Assembly: GCA_028534125.1 (NCBI GenBank)
Contig: CM052816.1
Coordinates: forward strand, 60,080,001-60,144,000
Direction of reading: 5' to 3'
Source: Lama glama
Taxonomy: Eukaryota
Length of the DNA: 64,000 nt
The position numbers were made by a program, and so were the translations under genes. Each line of letters opens with the position of its first letter. The stretch's first letter is position 1. Below the pieces are notes generated by a model. The model was not told where the DNA came from, ran no database searches, and saw only the letters and a list, made by a program, of their open reading frames with translations. Shown piece after piece: positions 24,370 through 37,364 of this stretch.

Positions 24370-25190
24370 ATTCCCATCTCCTAAACCTGTGTAACTTCCT
24401 GTCCCCTCTACCTTGACAGATATCTCTGCCATCCCCGCAGTTGCCCAAGCCAGAAATGTTCAATTCTCCCCCTCAGCTCGTATCCAATTTGGCCACAGGT
24501 CCCATCGATCCTACGCTTTTGCATCTTTTGAATGTGTTCACCCTCCTATCCCACCACCTTCAGCATCTCTAGCCTCAGTCACTGAAGCAGGCTCTTAATT
24601 TGTCTCCTTGCTGCCACTCTTCTCCTCTGAGTCCATTTTCTGAGTAATCTTTCTGAAAAATAAAACTTGAGCGTGTCACTCCCCTAAATGGTTCAATGGT
24701 TCCTGACAGGATTCAGGATAAAGCTCCGCCTCCTGAGCATGACACACACACTCTTCATGACCTGGCTTTTATCTGCTTTCCGAACCTCATCTTCAGTGCT
24801 GCACTGGTAAATGTTTAATAACCAGGCCTCCAGACACACCATGTGTCATCTCCTATGACAAACTCCCCCTAAAACAATGAACTTCTTCCAACTTCCTGGC
24901 CACGCCCACTTTTCTCCCTCACTGGGGCCTCTGCACATCTTCCTCTGCCCGGAAAGACCTTCTTTCTGCCTCCCTCCCCAACCCAGCCCAGACCTAGCTC
25001 CTCCAGGAAGTCAGCCCATAGCAAGCACAGTGGCCACCAAAAGGCTGCACTGTAACTGTGCACCAGCAGGGCTGCTACAGCCAGGCACCTTTGAGAACAG
25101 GCACTATTTTAATCTTTGTATCAACACTGCTTCACATGCTTCCTTGCACATAGCAGGTTTTCAGTAATCACTGAATTAAAGAATACAAAT
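24370..25190 (+). mobile_element. L2 LINE fragments (with a short MER63-like piece at ~24794-24832)
   Basis: CAGTTGCCCAAGCCAGAAA, GTGTCACTCCCCT...CAATGGTTCC...CAGGATAAAG...CTCCTGAGCATG, and terminal GCACATAGCAGG...CAGTAAT. Confidence 0.6.
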
Positions 25191-25331
25191 GGTGCTAGTT
25201 CTTAATTTGCTACTTACACTTTACCCTCTTGTAAAAAGATTCAAGGTGATGAGTAAGTGCTGTAAGCCTTCCACAGACATGGAGCTCTGGGAAGTACAGA
25301 AGTCAGAGCAGCCAGAGGAGGCTTCTTGAAG

Positions 25332-25518
25332 TAGAGTTGCCAAAAATGAGCAAACTAAAATATAGGATGACCAGTAAAATTTGAATTTGAGATGAACAAT
25401 GATTTTTTATTATAAGTATGTTACATGCAATATTTGAGAAATATGTATAGTAGAAAAGTATTTGTTTCTCTAAAATGCATATTGAACTGTGCATTCTGTA
25501 TTTTATCTGGGAAGCCTA
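25332..25518. mobile_element. MER53-like palindromic hAT MITE
   Basis: TAGAGTTGCCA...CCAGTAAAATTTGAATTTGAGATGAACAA...TATAAGTATGTTACATGCAATATTTGAGAAATATGTATAG...CTGTATTTTATCTGGGAAGCCTA; near-full-length and self-complementary. Confidence 0.8.
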
Positions 25519-26559
25519 TCTTTGAGGAGGCTGCCTTCCAACAAGAGCTTGATGAATGAGTCAGATTTAGAGGGCAAGAGAAAGGGAACTGTTTTTTCTC
25601 ACTGGAGACCAGTGAGAGGGTTGATGAGCAAAGGCACAGAGAACAAGAACCTGCAAGGAATTCTCAGGTTGGTCTCTTAAAGCACAAGGTTTGGGCTCAC
25701 AAAGGATGAGAGGCTGAAAAGGAGACTATTGAAATTGAAACTGAAGTGGTTAGAGAGAAGACCATTGCAATTATTCAGACGTTTGTTTGAAGTCTGTAAG
25801 TCCTGAACTGGCCCGGAGGGCACTGGAAGAATGGACAGGAAGAATAGGCAGATTTCTAAATGTGTAGGGGGCATGGGAAGGGGATCTCAGGAATCCTTAG
25901 AGATTCCCTGAGACTTGAGAGGAGGAGCCAGATTGAAAGGGGCTGGCACAGGAGGGTGAGCCTCATCTACACAAGATGACACTGATGTGAAAGGAAGACC
26001 CCCAGGGAGAAATGAACAGCCAAGTAAGAGACGGGGTGCTAGAGCCTGGGAGTGACAGTGACCTTGGAGTGTCCCTCCATACATGATTTCCAAGGGCTCT
26101 CTGTCACATTCATGCTTTATATACATGACAGAAGAATGGGACTACCCTCACAAATACCCCAGACAGTGTAAGAGATCACTAATTATGCTGATGTGACTCC
26201 TCCTCATCCCAGGGCTCCTCAAGAATCCCCCAGGCCACTGGGCAAATGTCTTACTCTTCCATTTACTGAAGGAGTGACTGATGCAGTTCACTATAAGACA
26301 TTCATAAGATGGGAAAGGGCACTTTTCCAGGAAGTCACCTAAATGGGCTGTAAAGTCCAAATTCAATATACTTCAAATCTGTGCCTGAATGGAGCAAACT
26401 GCTTATCTATGTGAAATTGGCAGAGGCACAGTCTGTGGAAATGATATGAAAATGCTTTGAAAACTATAATGCACTATACAAATCTAAGAACATTATTACT
26501 TACACATACTGAGTATCTATAATCACCTAGATATCCAAAATTATGTTTATGTATTGCCA

Positions 26560-26805
26560 GATGTCTGAATATTTCAAGACAATCAAATTCAAACTTCTCC
26601 CTGACACTCCTTATGCTCCTCCTGTCTTCCTTTTACATAGCACTAATTGTCATCCACCATACTCTGTAAGGAATACCTTATTTTGTGTTTTTCCTGAGTA
26701 CCCACAAGAATGTATGAGCCTTGAGGGCAAGAATTTATATCTGTTTTGTTAATGACTGTAAGTCTCCATCCCCCAAGAAAGCTTATTTCTGACTGAGTGA
26801 ATTAA
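26560..26805 (+). mobile_element. L2 3' fragment
   Basis: AGAATGTATGAGCCTTGAGGGCAAGAATTTATATCTGTTTTGTT...GACTGAGTGAAT. Confidence 0.5.
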
Positions 26806-29449
26806 CTTCAGTTTTCAGAGGGATGACTGAGCTTGCACAGATTTATCTTGGTAGCTAGGAAGTATCCTTAAAGACAAACAGGAAAGAAATCTCAAAATCA
26901 CAATACCCATTGTCCTATAAGTGGGCATCAAACCATCATGCAGGCCCAGTGGGAGACACTGTCCTTGTGAACTTGATTGTCCTATAAGTAAGACATGGGT
27001 AGGCCAATGCCTAAGGCCTTCCTGGTAGAGGATACTATAGGCATCTCAGGTGACCCATGAGACTTATTTCCCTCCCTCAGTATGGACTTGCTAAGCTCAG
27101 TTTGCAAGCTCCCCTCATATCTTTAGAGCCCTCAGATCCCCATCCCACCCCTGCTGAGGACTCAACAAAGGCACCCTGTGGGCTATGCTTTTCCCATCTT
27201 TCTGGAATACTACATTTGTTTCAAGTGTCCAAAGAGAGCCACATTTGAGTCCCGATTCCAGAGCTCAGCATGTCTATTTGAGACCATGATGCTTGTAGCA
27301 CGCACGGTCCACTCCCCTTTTGTCTACAGCAATCCTAACTTAGAGTGTTGGCTGGACACCACCTTGTACATGGTGCTCTGCAGAGCAAATAGAAGAAAGA
27401 GGATTCCTGCTCAGTTTCCCAGCATGAACTGGCATCCCTGATGTAGATAAACACAAAAAAATACACTGTAGCTGAAGCTCAGTTGAGCCTTGAAAGGCAT
27501 CCAGCTGCGCTCCTAAACCCAGCTGTTGTGTGTCCTGGTTAAATAAAAGAATAGACTGGCAAGTCTTGGAGAACCCAGTTGTGGAGTCCAGAAGGCTGTC
27601 ATGTCTGGGTGTGCTTTGGCCTCCCTAGGAGGCAGGAGGCTGTCGGGGGAGAAAGACTCAGCAGCAAGATGTTAAAGAAGATGGAGGCATCCTAACTAAA
27701 AAGGACTCTCCCCACTAAATAGCTGGCTCCTTCTTGGAGTCAAGGTGCATGGAGATGCGTGGAAATTAGCAGTGAGAGGTGGGCCACAAGGCCCACAGGG
27801 GGCAACCTAGAGACCCTGAAAAAGTCGTGGGTGGTGGCACATGAATCCCAACAGATTATCGTAAGGGAACCTCATGCCCCTCTCATCAGTCCCTCCATCT
27901 ACTACTCTGTTTCCTCTCTTCTCCTGTGTGTCAATCACCTGGCCACCCACAAAGAGCCAGAGGAGGCTCTCCTCTGTCTCCTAACTTGGGGGACTGTCTC
28001 CCACAAGCTCTCCTCTTTCTCTGTAAGGTCATCTGCTCCACAGAGTCTATCAACCCTTTCTCTTTTCCGTTCCTCAGTCGATTCATCACAGTATTCCTTT
28101 GGCCTCCTAATTACTGCCAGACGTGAAGCTGATGGGTCGGCCTTTATAGACACTATTACTGCCAGATCCTCTTCCCTTCATTGTCTGGAAGGCTGTCTCT
28201 ATTTAAGCCCTAATCCTTTTTGCCGTTTTTGACCTAGTTCCCATTATTTTATATTTTTCCACATTAACTTAAATAAGCCATTTGTCAGCCGGCCTGTATC
28301 TTATTGGATCCAGCTCTTCTTTTATGACTCAAATGAATGCCCAACAGAGAAAAAACTGCACCGGCCAGCTCCAAGGATTTACCTACTTTTTAAACTTACA
28401 GCATAAAGGACTAGATGGAAAGTCCCTTTAAAAATACTGGTGACATTTCTTAACTAGGCAAAGAGGTGCTGTAACTCATTACCATCCCATTCCTGGCAGT
28501 CTCCAGATGGACTAATATGTTTAAATACATTTAAAAATATATAACAAGTGTGGGTAAAGCACTTCTTACAACTGAGAAGTCTACCCATTCCTGGATGAAA
28601 AACTGACAGCAGGTGACGAATGTTTCACAGATAAGGAAAAGGAAAAGAAACTAAGCAAGAGAAGAAAAAGAGAGTGAAGAATCAAGAGTTTAACTGAAGA
28701 CACTCATCTGAGGCATAATTAATCCTCCCTCCTCATCTTAAGCCCCAGAGCACTGTATGTATAATCGAACAGAAGCCAAAGAAGCACTGTTTTGGAAAAT
28801 ATTATTTCTTGAAACACACATGTCAAGACTGTAGGCCTGAACAAAGACACCTTTCGTGATAAATAACCCACAGACTGGTGCCCACCCCTTTCCTGGCATG
28901 TTTCAGAAGGAATTGCATGTACCGTGTTTGTACCACAAACTCTTTGCACCAAACCAAACTTTCAAAGGCTCTCTCTATTGCTTGAATACACTCTATCTTG
29001 TTTGTCCATCATTTAGGGAAACATTAAGACTACTTAGTGGTGTTTTCACGTGCTATTCTTAGTCTATTTTCCTCCTCCAAAATCAAGTCGTTTCACAGCT
29101 GACCAACTGAAATTGTAGAGCATGTGGAACTCTCAGGGATTATACCCAGAAATAGTAATATCCAGGTGGTTTTATAATCTTGGCAAGGAGTGGTGACTGC
29201 CTTGCCCTGGCTGGTGGCAACTTGCATTGTGCAATCCAGAGACGCAGTCCGACCAGGTGAAAACAAGAAATAAGATCTATTGGTTTTGATGCTCCAAACA
29301 GAGGAGCTGATGCTTCTATTTTCAATTCTCATTGATTTGCAGAGCCAAACCTTTCTATTTTAAAAGAGTAGTTTTATTACTGATAAAATATCAAGTTAAA
29401 AAATATAAAGAAGCAACAGCATTAGCTCTGACAAAATTCTGCTATGTAC

Positions 29450-29620
29450 TTTTCAATGCATTATTTTAACACAACTATCTTTCAGGTAGGTATTACTATG
29501 ATGTACATTTTGTAAGAGGAAACCTGAGGTGTAATTAGCTAACCAGGGTCAAAGGACAGTTGGTATGCACAGGTCCGTCTGAACTCATAGAGACCATGCG
29601 CTTGGCTACAAGGCTTTAAA
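29450..29620 (-). mobile_element. MIR fragment
   Basis: CACAACTATCTTTCAGGTAGGTATTACTAT...CATTTTGTAAGAGGAAACCTGAGG. Confidence 0.5.
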
Positions 29621-29639
29621 ATATGTTCACGAAGGAAAT

Positions 29640-30990
29640 GTTTTTAAATTAGATATGTAAAAAGGAGAGCAAAAACAATTTTAATCATGCTCACTCAGAG
29701 ATACCTTGACCAAATCTCTTCTACAAATATTGTACATATATCCCTAATTTAACAAAAAAGGGAGGTGAAGATCATATGTCACATAATGCTATATAAGCTT
29801 TGTATTTTCACCTGAAATACATTGTGGAGGTCTTTTTTTGTCAATAAATACACTTCTGCTACATCATATTCAATGACTGTTTTCCACTGTTATCCCTACA
29901 GCATAATGGGTATAGTCAATCCTTCTTTTGGACGTTTTGGTTCTTATACAGAGTGCTGTGATGAATAGCCTAATAGCTGACTTCTTATACACAGCTTTGT
30001 ATCTTTGAGATAAATTCCTAGAAACAATATATACAACTTTTACATATTGCCCAGTTGCCTTGGGAAGTATGTATGAATTTTCATTCCTGTCAGCAATGTA
30101 GTAAATTGTCCTCTTCTCCACACCATTACCAACAATGGATATTAGCATTTTGTCATCTTTGCCAATTTGAAAGTAGAAATAATAAGATCTCATTGATGTT
30201 TATTTGCTCTTCCTTAATTAGTATTGAGATGGAACACTTTTTTCTTTTTTTTTTTCGGTCTTTGTATTAGTTCTTTTGTGAAATCTCTACTTATGTCCAT
30301 AAGTCATTTCTTTTCAGGGCTCATTATATAGTAAGCATCTGGCAAAGTAATGTGTCAAATACATTTCTCCCAATTTTTTCATTTGTTATTAATTTTAAGG
30401 TTTTTAATGAAAAACTCAAATTTTTCTTTCCTGTTTTGATTTCTGTCATTGATATCACCCTTAAGAAGAATCTCTCTCTTCTTCAAGATTATAAAAAAAA
30501 ATCTAAATTTCCTTCCTGTAGCTCCAAAGGATTTTTGACATTTGAATGTCTAATATTTAGTATTTCTTGGCATAAAATGTAGCTTATTTCCTATAATCTT
30601 ATTAAAGCAAATGTCCCAACACCATTTACTAAATGATCTATAAATTCATTACTCATTTGTAATTACATCTTTATTTTATACTAAAACTTTACATATATTT
30701 AAGTTCATATTCTAGTCCATAGATTTTTCTCCTGATTCCTATGCCACTATTATTTATTCTACTTATCACAGCTTTTAGCCACATTAATGTCTCAGAAGGC
30801 AATTTCCCTTTATTATTACCAACTATTTATTCATTCAAATGCATTTAAAGGTTATTCTGTAAGTTTTTTTTAAAAAGGCAGCATAGTTAGAATTACGTTA
30901 CATGGTTAGAAATCATGTAACAAGCTTTACAATTTGACTGAATTGCTCCTCCCAGGAACAAGCAAGACATGTCTATATGTTCAAGTTTTC
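29640..30990 (-). mobile_element. Old L1ME-type relic
   Basis: Reverse L1 ORF2 text: GAGATAAATTCCTAGAA, CATTCCTGTCAGCAATGTA, TCTCCACACCATTACCAACAATGGATATT, TCTTTGCCAATTTGA, TCCCAACACCATTTACTAAA. Confidence 0.7.
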
Positions 30991-31183
30991 TTAATAATGC
31001 ATTTATTTTCTTCATATATTAGAATATATTCTATGAAATGAATGGAATCTTCTCCTGATGATACGTACCAATTGGCTATTGTGAAACTCAGACTTACACA
31101 ACTGAAATCCAAGTTGTCCTCAATTTTCAAGGGTAAAGTTGATGCCAAAAAAGTACTAGTTGTCATTCAGGAGTCACTCATTT

Positions 31184-31457
31184 CAGTAAAGGTGGTCAAA
31201 ACGTACAAACTTCCAGTTATAAAATAAAAATTCTGGGGGATATAATATACAGCATGGTGACTATGGTTAGTAATACTGTATTGTATATTTGAAAGTTACT
31301 AAGAACAGATCTCAAAAGTTCATAAGAAAAAAGAAATTTATGACTATGTGTGGTGATGGATGTTAATTAGACCTATTGTGGTGATCATTTCAAATCATTA
31401 TATTGTGCACTGGAAAGTAATACAATGTTATGTGTCAATTATATCCCAATTTTATTA
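31184..31457 (+). mobile_element. L1MA9-like 3' UTR fragment
   Basis: GGTGGTCAAAACGTACAAACTTCCAGTTATAAAATAA... is homologous to 19250-19520. TSD AGTCACTCATTT (31172-31183) / AGTCACCCATTT (31458-31469). Confidence 0.85.
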
Positions 31458-31519
31458 AGTCACCCATTTTACTGTGATGCAACTTGGTATATAAAGGCAT
31501 CAGCTAGTTCTGATGCTTC

Positions 31520-32252
31520 TGTCTCCAGGACGCCTCCCTGAGCAGTCCACCTCTCCCCAGCTCCACCACCACTAGTCAAGGCACCAGCCACTTTTGCCCA
31601 AGCTACTAACTATTTTAACTTTTTAACTTGTCCTTCTGATTCCACAGTCCCTCCTTTATCCATTCTTTGGATTCCATAAATGAACAAACCTTATCACACC
31701 CCTGCTTAAAACCCTCCCACGGCTTCTTGAAACCAAGTATCTTACTCAGGCCCACAGGACTCTATGTGATCTGGGCCCCACATCCCTCTCCAACCATGTC
31801 TCCTACCTGTTCTCCTTTCTCAGCGCACTCCACCACCCTTGCCTTCTTCACACATAATCATTTCCTCCTCAGGGCCTCTCTGCAAGCCTTTCCTCTGCCT
31901 GGGAGCTCTTCTTCCAGATGGCAGCGCCTTCTGACCATTCAAAGTTCACATTAAGGGTTACCTGCTCAATGAGCACCTCCCTGACCATCCAATTTAAAGT
32001 AGACCCCATCACTCTCCTATCAGATCCTCCTGCTTTATTTTTATAGAAGCATTTATCATGAAATTTTAATTTACTTGTGTAGTACATATAATCTCCCCTC
32101 ATTCTGTACCCCCTTATCCCCACCTTGAAGGCATGGTCTCAGAATAGTCACAATTTCTGTCTGGAACACTACTGAATCTCTAAGAAGTAGATAAGTACCT
32201 GGAACAGAGCAGGTACTCAACAAAAATCTGTGAAATGAATGAATAAATGAAG
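31520..32252 (+). mobile_element. L2 3' region
   Basis: CACCCCTGCTTAAAACCCTCC, CCTCAGGGCCT...CCTCTGCCTGG, CCTCCCTGACCA, and the end GCAGGTACTCAACAAAAATCTGTGAAATGAATGAATAAATGAA. Confidence 0.75.
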
Positions 32253-32329
32253 GAACTCAGGCCTTGTGAGTCCTGGTGAACTCTGTTTGGTGCAAACAGC
32301 ACTCATTTTACAACCACGTAGACCTATGT

Positions 32330-32525
32330 TTGCTTCTCAGTCTCAGATCCTATTGAATTTGAGCCCTTGGGAAAAATTATCAAAGTCTTAGAATATTGCT
32401 TTCTTTAGTTATAAAATGGGGTGATCAGTAAGTGCCTCATAAGATTGGTTTGAGAATTAAATGAGAAAACATACATAAAGCACTAGCATAATTCCTAGTA
32501 CACAAAACTCAAGATATGTTAGTTT
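32330..32525 (+). mobile_element. MIR fragment
   Basis: TATAAAATGGGGTGAT...GCCTCATAAGATTGGTTTGAGAATTAAATGAGA...TAAAGCACTAGCATA. Confidence 0.6.
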
Positions 32526-33509
32526 TCTGGCCATTCCTGAGCTATTTTCACTCATCAACTAGCATCTTTACCTGTGTTGCAACTGGGAAGCTGTGGAATT
32601 TAGTGTCCAGAGAGACTCAATGTTAAAGGGGACTTTCAAATTAGGTAAAAAGAAAGGACGGAAGGAAGGATAGACAAGCTGCCATCTGGGACAGGTCTTT
32701 GTTGCAATTAGTTCTCTGAAATTCAGAAGAAATAGACAGTTCAGCAAATTTCTCCCTGTCCTAAATTGGAACATGGAGTCCAAGACAAGGACAGTTGAAT
32801 AAGTCAACAGAATACTTCATTTTGCTACAAATGAACACAATTTGGGTCTCTAATCTTAATGCCACATTAGGGGAAAATACTCTCTGCTCAGATATCACAG
32901 AGCACACTGGAACTATAAAAGAGGGCATTAAACATAATCCCCAATGGAAAATTCAAAATTCAACTAAATCAATGATTATGGTTTCCTAGAGCAATTTCAT
33001 TGAGTTTCCATGAACCTCCACCATCAGAGGAGTACATAAATTATACAAGGCTATAAAATGTGACACAGTAAAAGTGGTTCATTCAGAAAAAGGAAATGAA
33101 TTCTTTGACCTTGACTATCAAAACACCACCATTGATTTTTCTATACTTGCCTTTGGAGTTTACAATTGAGAAGCCACTTCAACTTGTTTCTCTTTTATTT
33201 ATGTTTTAGGGGTTTAAGCCCATGGATACAAGTTTCCTAAATCTTAGGAAGGGTCGATAGGTCACCAAAAAGGCCAACAATCCCAGTTTGTGGCAACCCC
33301 AGAATCATGAGCATACCTAGGATCAGGGCTCATTCTACTTGAAATACAAACTGGAAAGCAGTGGACACAAAACTAGAAATCATCTGCTATTACAAAGAGG
33401 TTGTATGAGCCTGTTGTTTTGTTGTTGTTGTTTTAACAAACATGCAACATATATTTTCCCAAGAGAGGACTGGCCAACATCAGGCAGGAGAAGTGCAAGC
33501 CAAGCCCGG

Positions 33510-33700
33510 GGACTCAGAGCATGGACTTGAGAGCATACTGCTGGGTTTGAATCCCTGTTCCACATCTTACTAGCTGTGTGACCTTGGGCAAGTTACTTTA
33601 CCATTCTGTGCCTCAGCCTTCTTGGCTGTAAAATAGAATAATAACAGTATCTATATTGTAGGGTTGTAATGAGGAGCCAATAAGAATCTGTAAGAAACAG
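33510..33700 (+). mobile_element. MIR
   Basis: CTGGGTTTGAATCCCTGTTCC...TACTAGCTGTGTGACCTTGGGCAAGTTACTT...CTGTGCCTCAG...CTGTAAAATAG. Confidence 0.8.
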
Positions 33701-35559
33701 TAAAGCTTATTAAAGTCTTCATGTAACTCAGTTATAACTCAAGGGAGATTTTCAATATTTCTGTTCTGTGAACATGTGTCCTCAGTGGAAAGCGAACAGT
33801 TAAGTCCTCCTACCCTTAGTGGGGTGATGAACAGAGACTGTCTTCACCTTTTTCCACCTTGTTCCAGAAGGTGGAAGAGGTAAACATGAGTCATCCACAA
33901 TTTTATTAAATGAAAAATTGACATAAATGAAATGAATAAAAAAGCCAACTCCACTCAACTGAAAAATCAAAGGAGGATGCAGAAATTGAGCCCCAGTTCT
34001 TGGGTTTCCAGGCCTCCCTGCCACTTTCCACAGGCATCATTATAAATCGTGACCTGTTCTTGGGACCCAGATCCTGAATGTAAGTTTCCACTGCTTGGCA
34101 AAGTACAGAATATAAAAATGTCTACCTTCTGAGAGCCCCCATGGAGTCAAAAGAAGTAAATAAGACAACAACATTCTATTCTCCTGTGAATATAAAGCCT
34201 CAGAATGGAAAAGAATCCTTCAGACTCTTCAGAGTGTCAGTCTGACTGTGCCCTGTTCCTCATCGCTCTCTGCCTTGCTAAGTCTTTCTTACCTTGGCCC
34301 ACTAAGTACCAGGTGGTTTCTTTGAAATCTGAAAATAATTTTCCATACACTCCATGAGAGCAGCACATCTGCTGAGAGAAAATTTAAATGAAACTTCTGA
34401 GTGGCTTTCTTTACCATGAGATGGGGATGGTTTTAAAACTAAAGTTTCTGAGGGAGCAGAGGAAGTGGAGTTCATGAACCCAAACTGGTACCCACCAAAG
34501 AGGGGCTGCTCACAAATTTCTGGCCAGTCCAGATAAGCTGTGGATCTCCAGCACCCAGGGTAGACTCTCCGAACCAGAAGATAATTCTAGAAAGTGAAAA
34601 TAAAGACGTCACCCCACTCATCACAACTGTAATAATGAAGATCCATAATGACGATGCCCAGAGAAGGCCGAGAAAAGAAAATGTTACAAGACAGAGAGGC
34701 AGCTGGGAAAACTGCATACTGATCATTTTTCCTCAGGACACACCACTGAGAAAAATTAAGTCTTTAACCTCTGATGGCTTCCTGTGGCTAAGCCACAGAA
34801 ATCTAATTGAGAGACTCAGGTCCACAGAAATCTGCTGTCTGCTCTGGCTGTGAAATCATATTATGATAAGCTTTTGATTTGATTACTGTAAAAAACAAAG
34901 AATTGTTGCTTTGACATCACTATATAGACTGCACACCCAAATGATGCTCTTCTGATCTTTGTTCACTAGTCTTGCCCCCTCATTGTCTCTAGCAAACAGA
35001 TGAAGGAAAAACCTCAGGGGACATTGTATTCTGCTTCATTCTGGGGGTTTTCCAAATGCATTTTGTATTTTCATCATGGAAAAGACACAGAATTGAGTGG
35101 CTGTATAACAGATGGAAGGGCAATTATTTCTGGGATAGCACTGTCCTATTACTGACATTACATTTTCTATCTTTGGAATCAATAAAGATATTGGGACCAC
35201 AAAGGCTTCTCATAGTGATGTGCTTGCTGCTCATTGTATCTGCCCATTACACACTGAGTACATCTTTCCATTTGCTCACAAAATTTAGCTCCAATAGTAT
35301 CTGCACAGAATAAATTTTTGCCAAGGGTTGAGGTCTCAGCACAGTTTTGTACTTCTCCTTTCTCTGGTGTAAACAACTTCACGAGGCCTGCAGGCTTCTG
35401 GAGGAAGAAGAGGCACCTGGGATGTAGTCTCAAGTCTACCTCCCTCTTTTCCATTTGAGTAACTTCATTTACTGTTGCTTTAAACCTCCACCTCTTCTTC
35501 ATCCCAAAATTCCCATGTGAAAAATCAGCTCCTCTGGCCTTCCCTAACTCTCCCAGGAC

Positions 35560-35740
35560 AGAAAGCACAGCCCTCACCCTTCTGCCCAAACAGAGCTTTT
35601 CTCAAGATGCATCACATCCCATTACAATGATCTCTCTGCAAGTCTGCCTCCCTCACTTGGCATTTGAAACACTAGAGCCAAGCTCAGTGCCTGGCTCTCA
35701 GGAAGCATTCCTTGAATAAGTGAATAGATGAACAAATTAA
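35560..35740 (+). mobile_element. L2 3' end fragment
   Basis: GCTCAGTGCCTGGCTCTCAGGAAGCATTC...TTGAATAAGTGAATAGATGAA. Confidence 0.5.
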
Positions 35741-36189
35741 TCAACTGAAGATTACAACTAAACAGCCAGGAAGCCTAGGAACACAGGACGCTGATGTCTG
35801 CTAAGAGTATGATTCCCTCATAATTATGAAGTTGAGGTTGCAAATGCAAACAGAAGACCGTCAAAGGACCATGATAATTTTTGATCGACCAAAAGGATCC
35901 AGTATTGGTTCTATTAGCTTAATCTTCTATGACATGCAGTTTGCATAGCCTGTGGGGATAAAATTTAATCGCCAGCATCGTTCTAAGTGTATCTGTAAGT
36001 GTTGCTCAACTCAAGAAAATAATAATTACGATAATAAAAATAATGAAAGCAACCAATAAAGGGCAATACACGTTAATTTACCATAAAGATTAACAGTATG
36101 AGTAGATGTTATTCACAGTGATGTCCTCATTCTGTGGATGGGCAGTGGGTTGATGGGTGTTCATAATTCTATTAAAAATACCGAACCAC

Positions 36190-36345
36190 TGTATACCACA
36201 GGGAAATATATTCAATATCTTGTAATAGCTTATGGTGAAAAAGAATATGAAAATGAATATATGTATATTCATGTATGACTGAAGCACTGTGCTATACACC
36301 AGAAATTGACACAACATTGTAAACTGACTATACCTCAATTAAAAA
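36190..36345 (+). mobile_element. Short camelid L1 3' UTR insertion
   Basis: TGTATACCACAGGGAAATATATTCAATATCTTGTAATAGC...CCAGAAATTGACACAACATTGTAAACTGACTATACCTCAATTAAAA. TSD AAAAATACCGAACCAC (36174-36189) / AAAACTACTGAACCAC (36346-36361). Confidence 0.88.
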
Positions 36346-37327
36346 AAAACTACTGAACCACACACATCTTGAACCCAAGACTGATCAACAATCAATTAAA
36401 TTCTATGCTGGTCAGGGTTAAAAAAAAAAAAACTAAAGAGAACAAATCTTCTTACAATGTATAATTCTCAATCTATTATAATTATCTGCCTTTGTATAGC
36501 ACTTCAACTTAACCAGCACTCAGTGCTCTATTTTATTTAATGACTTAGATTTTTGTCTAAAGCTTCATAAAATCCTTTGTTAATACTGAAAATGGTAGCT
36601 AGACACTGCTCAAAATTCAGAAGTGAGATGACCACGTGATATAGGCTTTGATTTTAAGCAGATATTCTGTTTAGGGGCTATTATGGACTCATGACCTATT
36701 TGAATCTACACAATAAACTATGTTAATAAAAAAAAGAAAACAAAAACAACAGGGTCCTGCTATATTCCTGTACAAAGCTTTAAAAAAAGACTTGTGAAGA
36801 CCAATTCAATCCTTATTTTTCCTCAGTCACGAGCAGCGTCCTTTGTTGTAATAAAAACTAATCCTGGTTAAAGTTCAATTCAGAGGACAGAACTGAATTA
36901 ACGTTCCAACAACAATAACAACAATAAAAAGAATAATAACTGAGTGGTGACTTCCCACTTGTATAGGGCTTTGCTGTTTCCGTGACATCAGAACCCACAC
37001 TTGCTACCAGTGCTAGGGTTCACTCGGCATGCAGCCCACGGAGCAGAGCACCCAGGCTGGGCTGGATGAATCATCATTAGTGATGGTGACTGCACTGACG
37101 AGACCATCCACAGTGTTCTGCATCATTTATTCAGGAGTTAGTATGAAATTTGACCATAAACACTTCATTTTATGGCCTGCTTAGTCCTTACCTACAGAGA
37201 GCAACACAATTAACAGGAGTGAGATTAAAACTTAAGTAGAGGGAGCATTTACCACGTAAGGCTATAATGGAGCCTAAGAAGAGTCAATTAGTTCCAGGTT
37301 GAGAGCTCACTCTGAGCACAAGAGGAC

Positions 37328-37364
37328 TTTTAATCATGAAGAAAGAATTTTAATCATGAAGAAA
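37328..37364. repeat. Short tandem duplication (20-bp period)
   Basis: TTTTAATCATGAAGAAA occurs exactly at 37328-37344 and 37348-37364. Confidence 0.85.

Noticed and set aside
28110..28166. ATTACTGCCAGA repeated at 28110 and 28155
   Set aside because: Only two 12-bp copies and no array. Not CRISPR-like, and too short to interpret.
27759..28232. 157-aa ORF in non-repeat DNA (and the other 60-150 aa ORFs)
   Set aside because: Non-ATG start, Ser/Leu-rich composition typical of chance ORFs, no recognisable domain and no supporting exon structure.
37063..37110. CTGACGA within a TGGATG...CATCCA stem (hammerhead or C/D snoRNA-like)
   Set aside because: No stem II closing into GAAA, and no properly placed C (RTGATGA) and D (CTGA) boxes.
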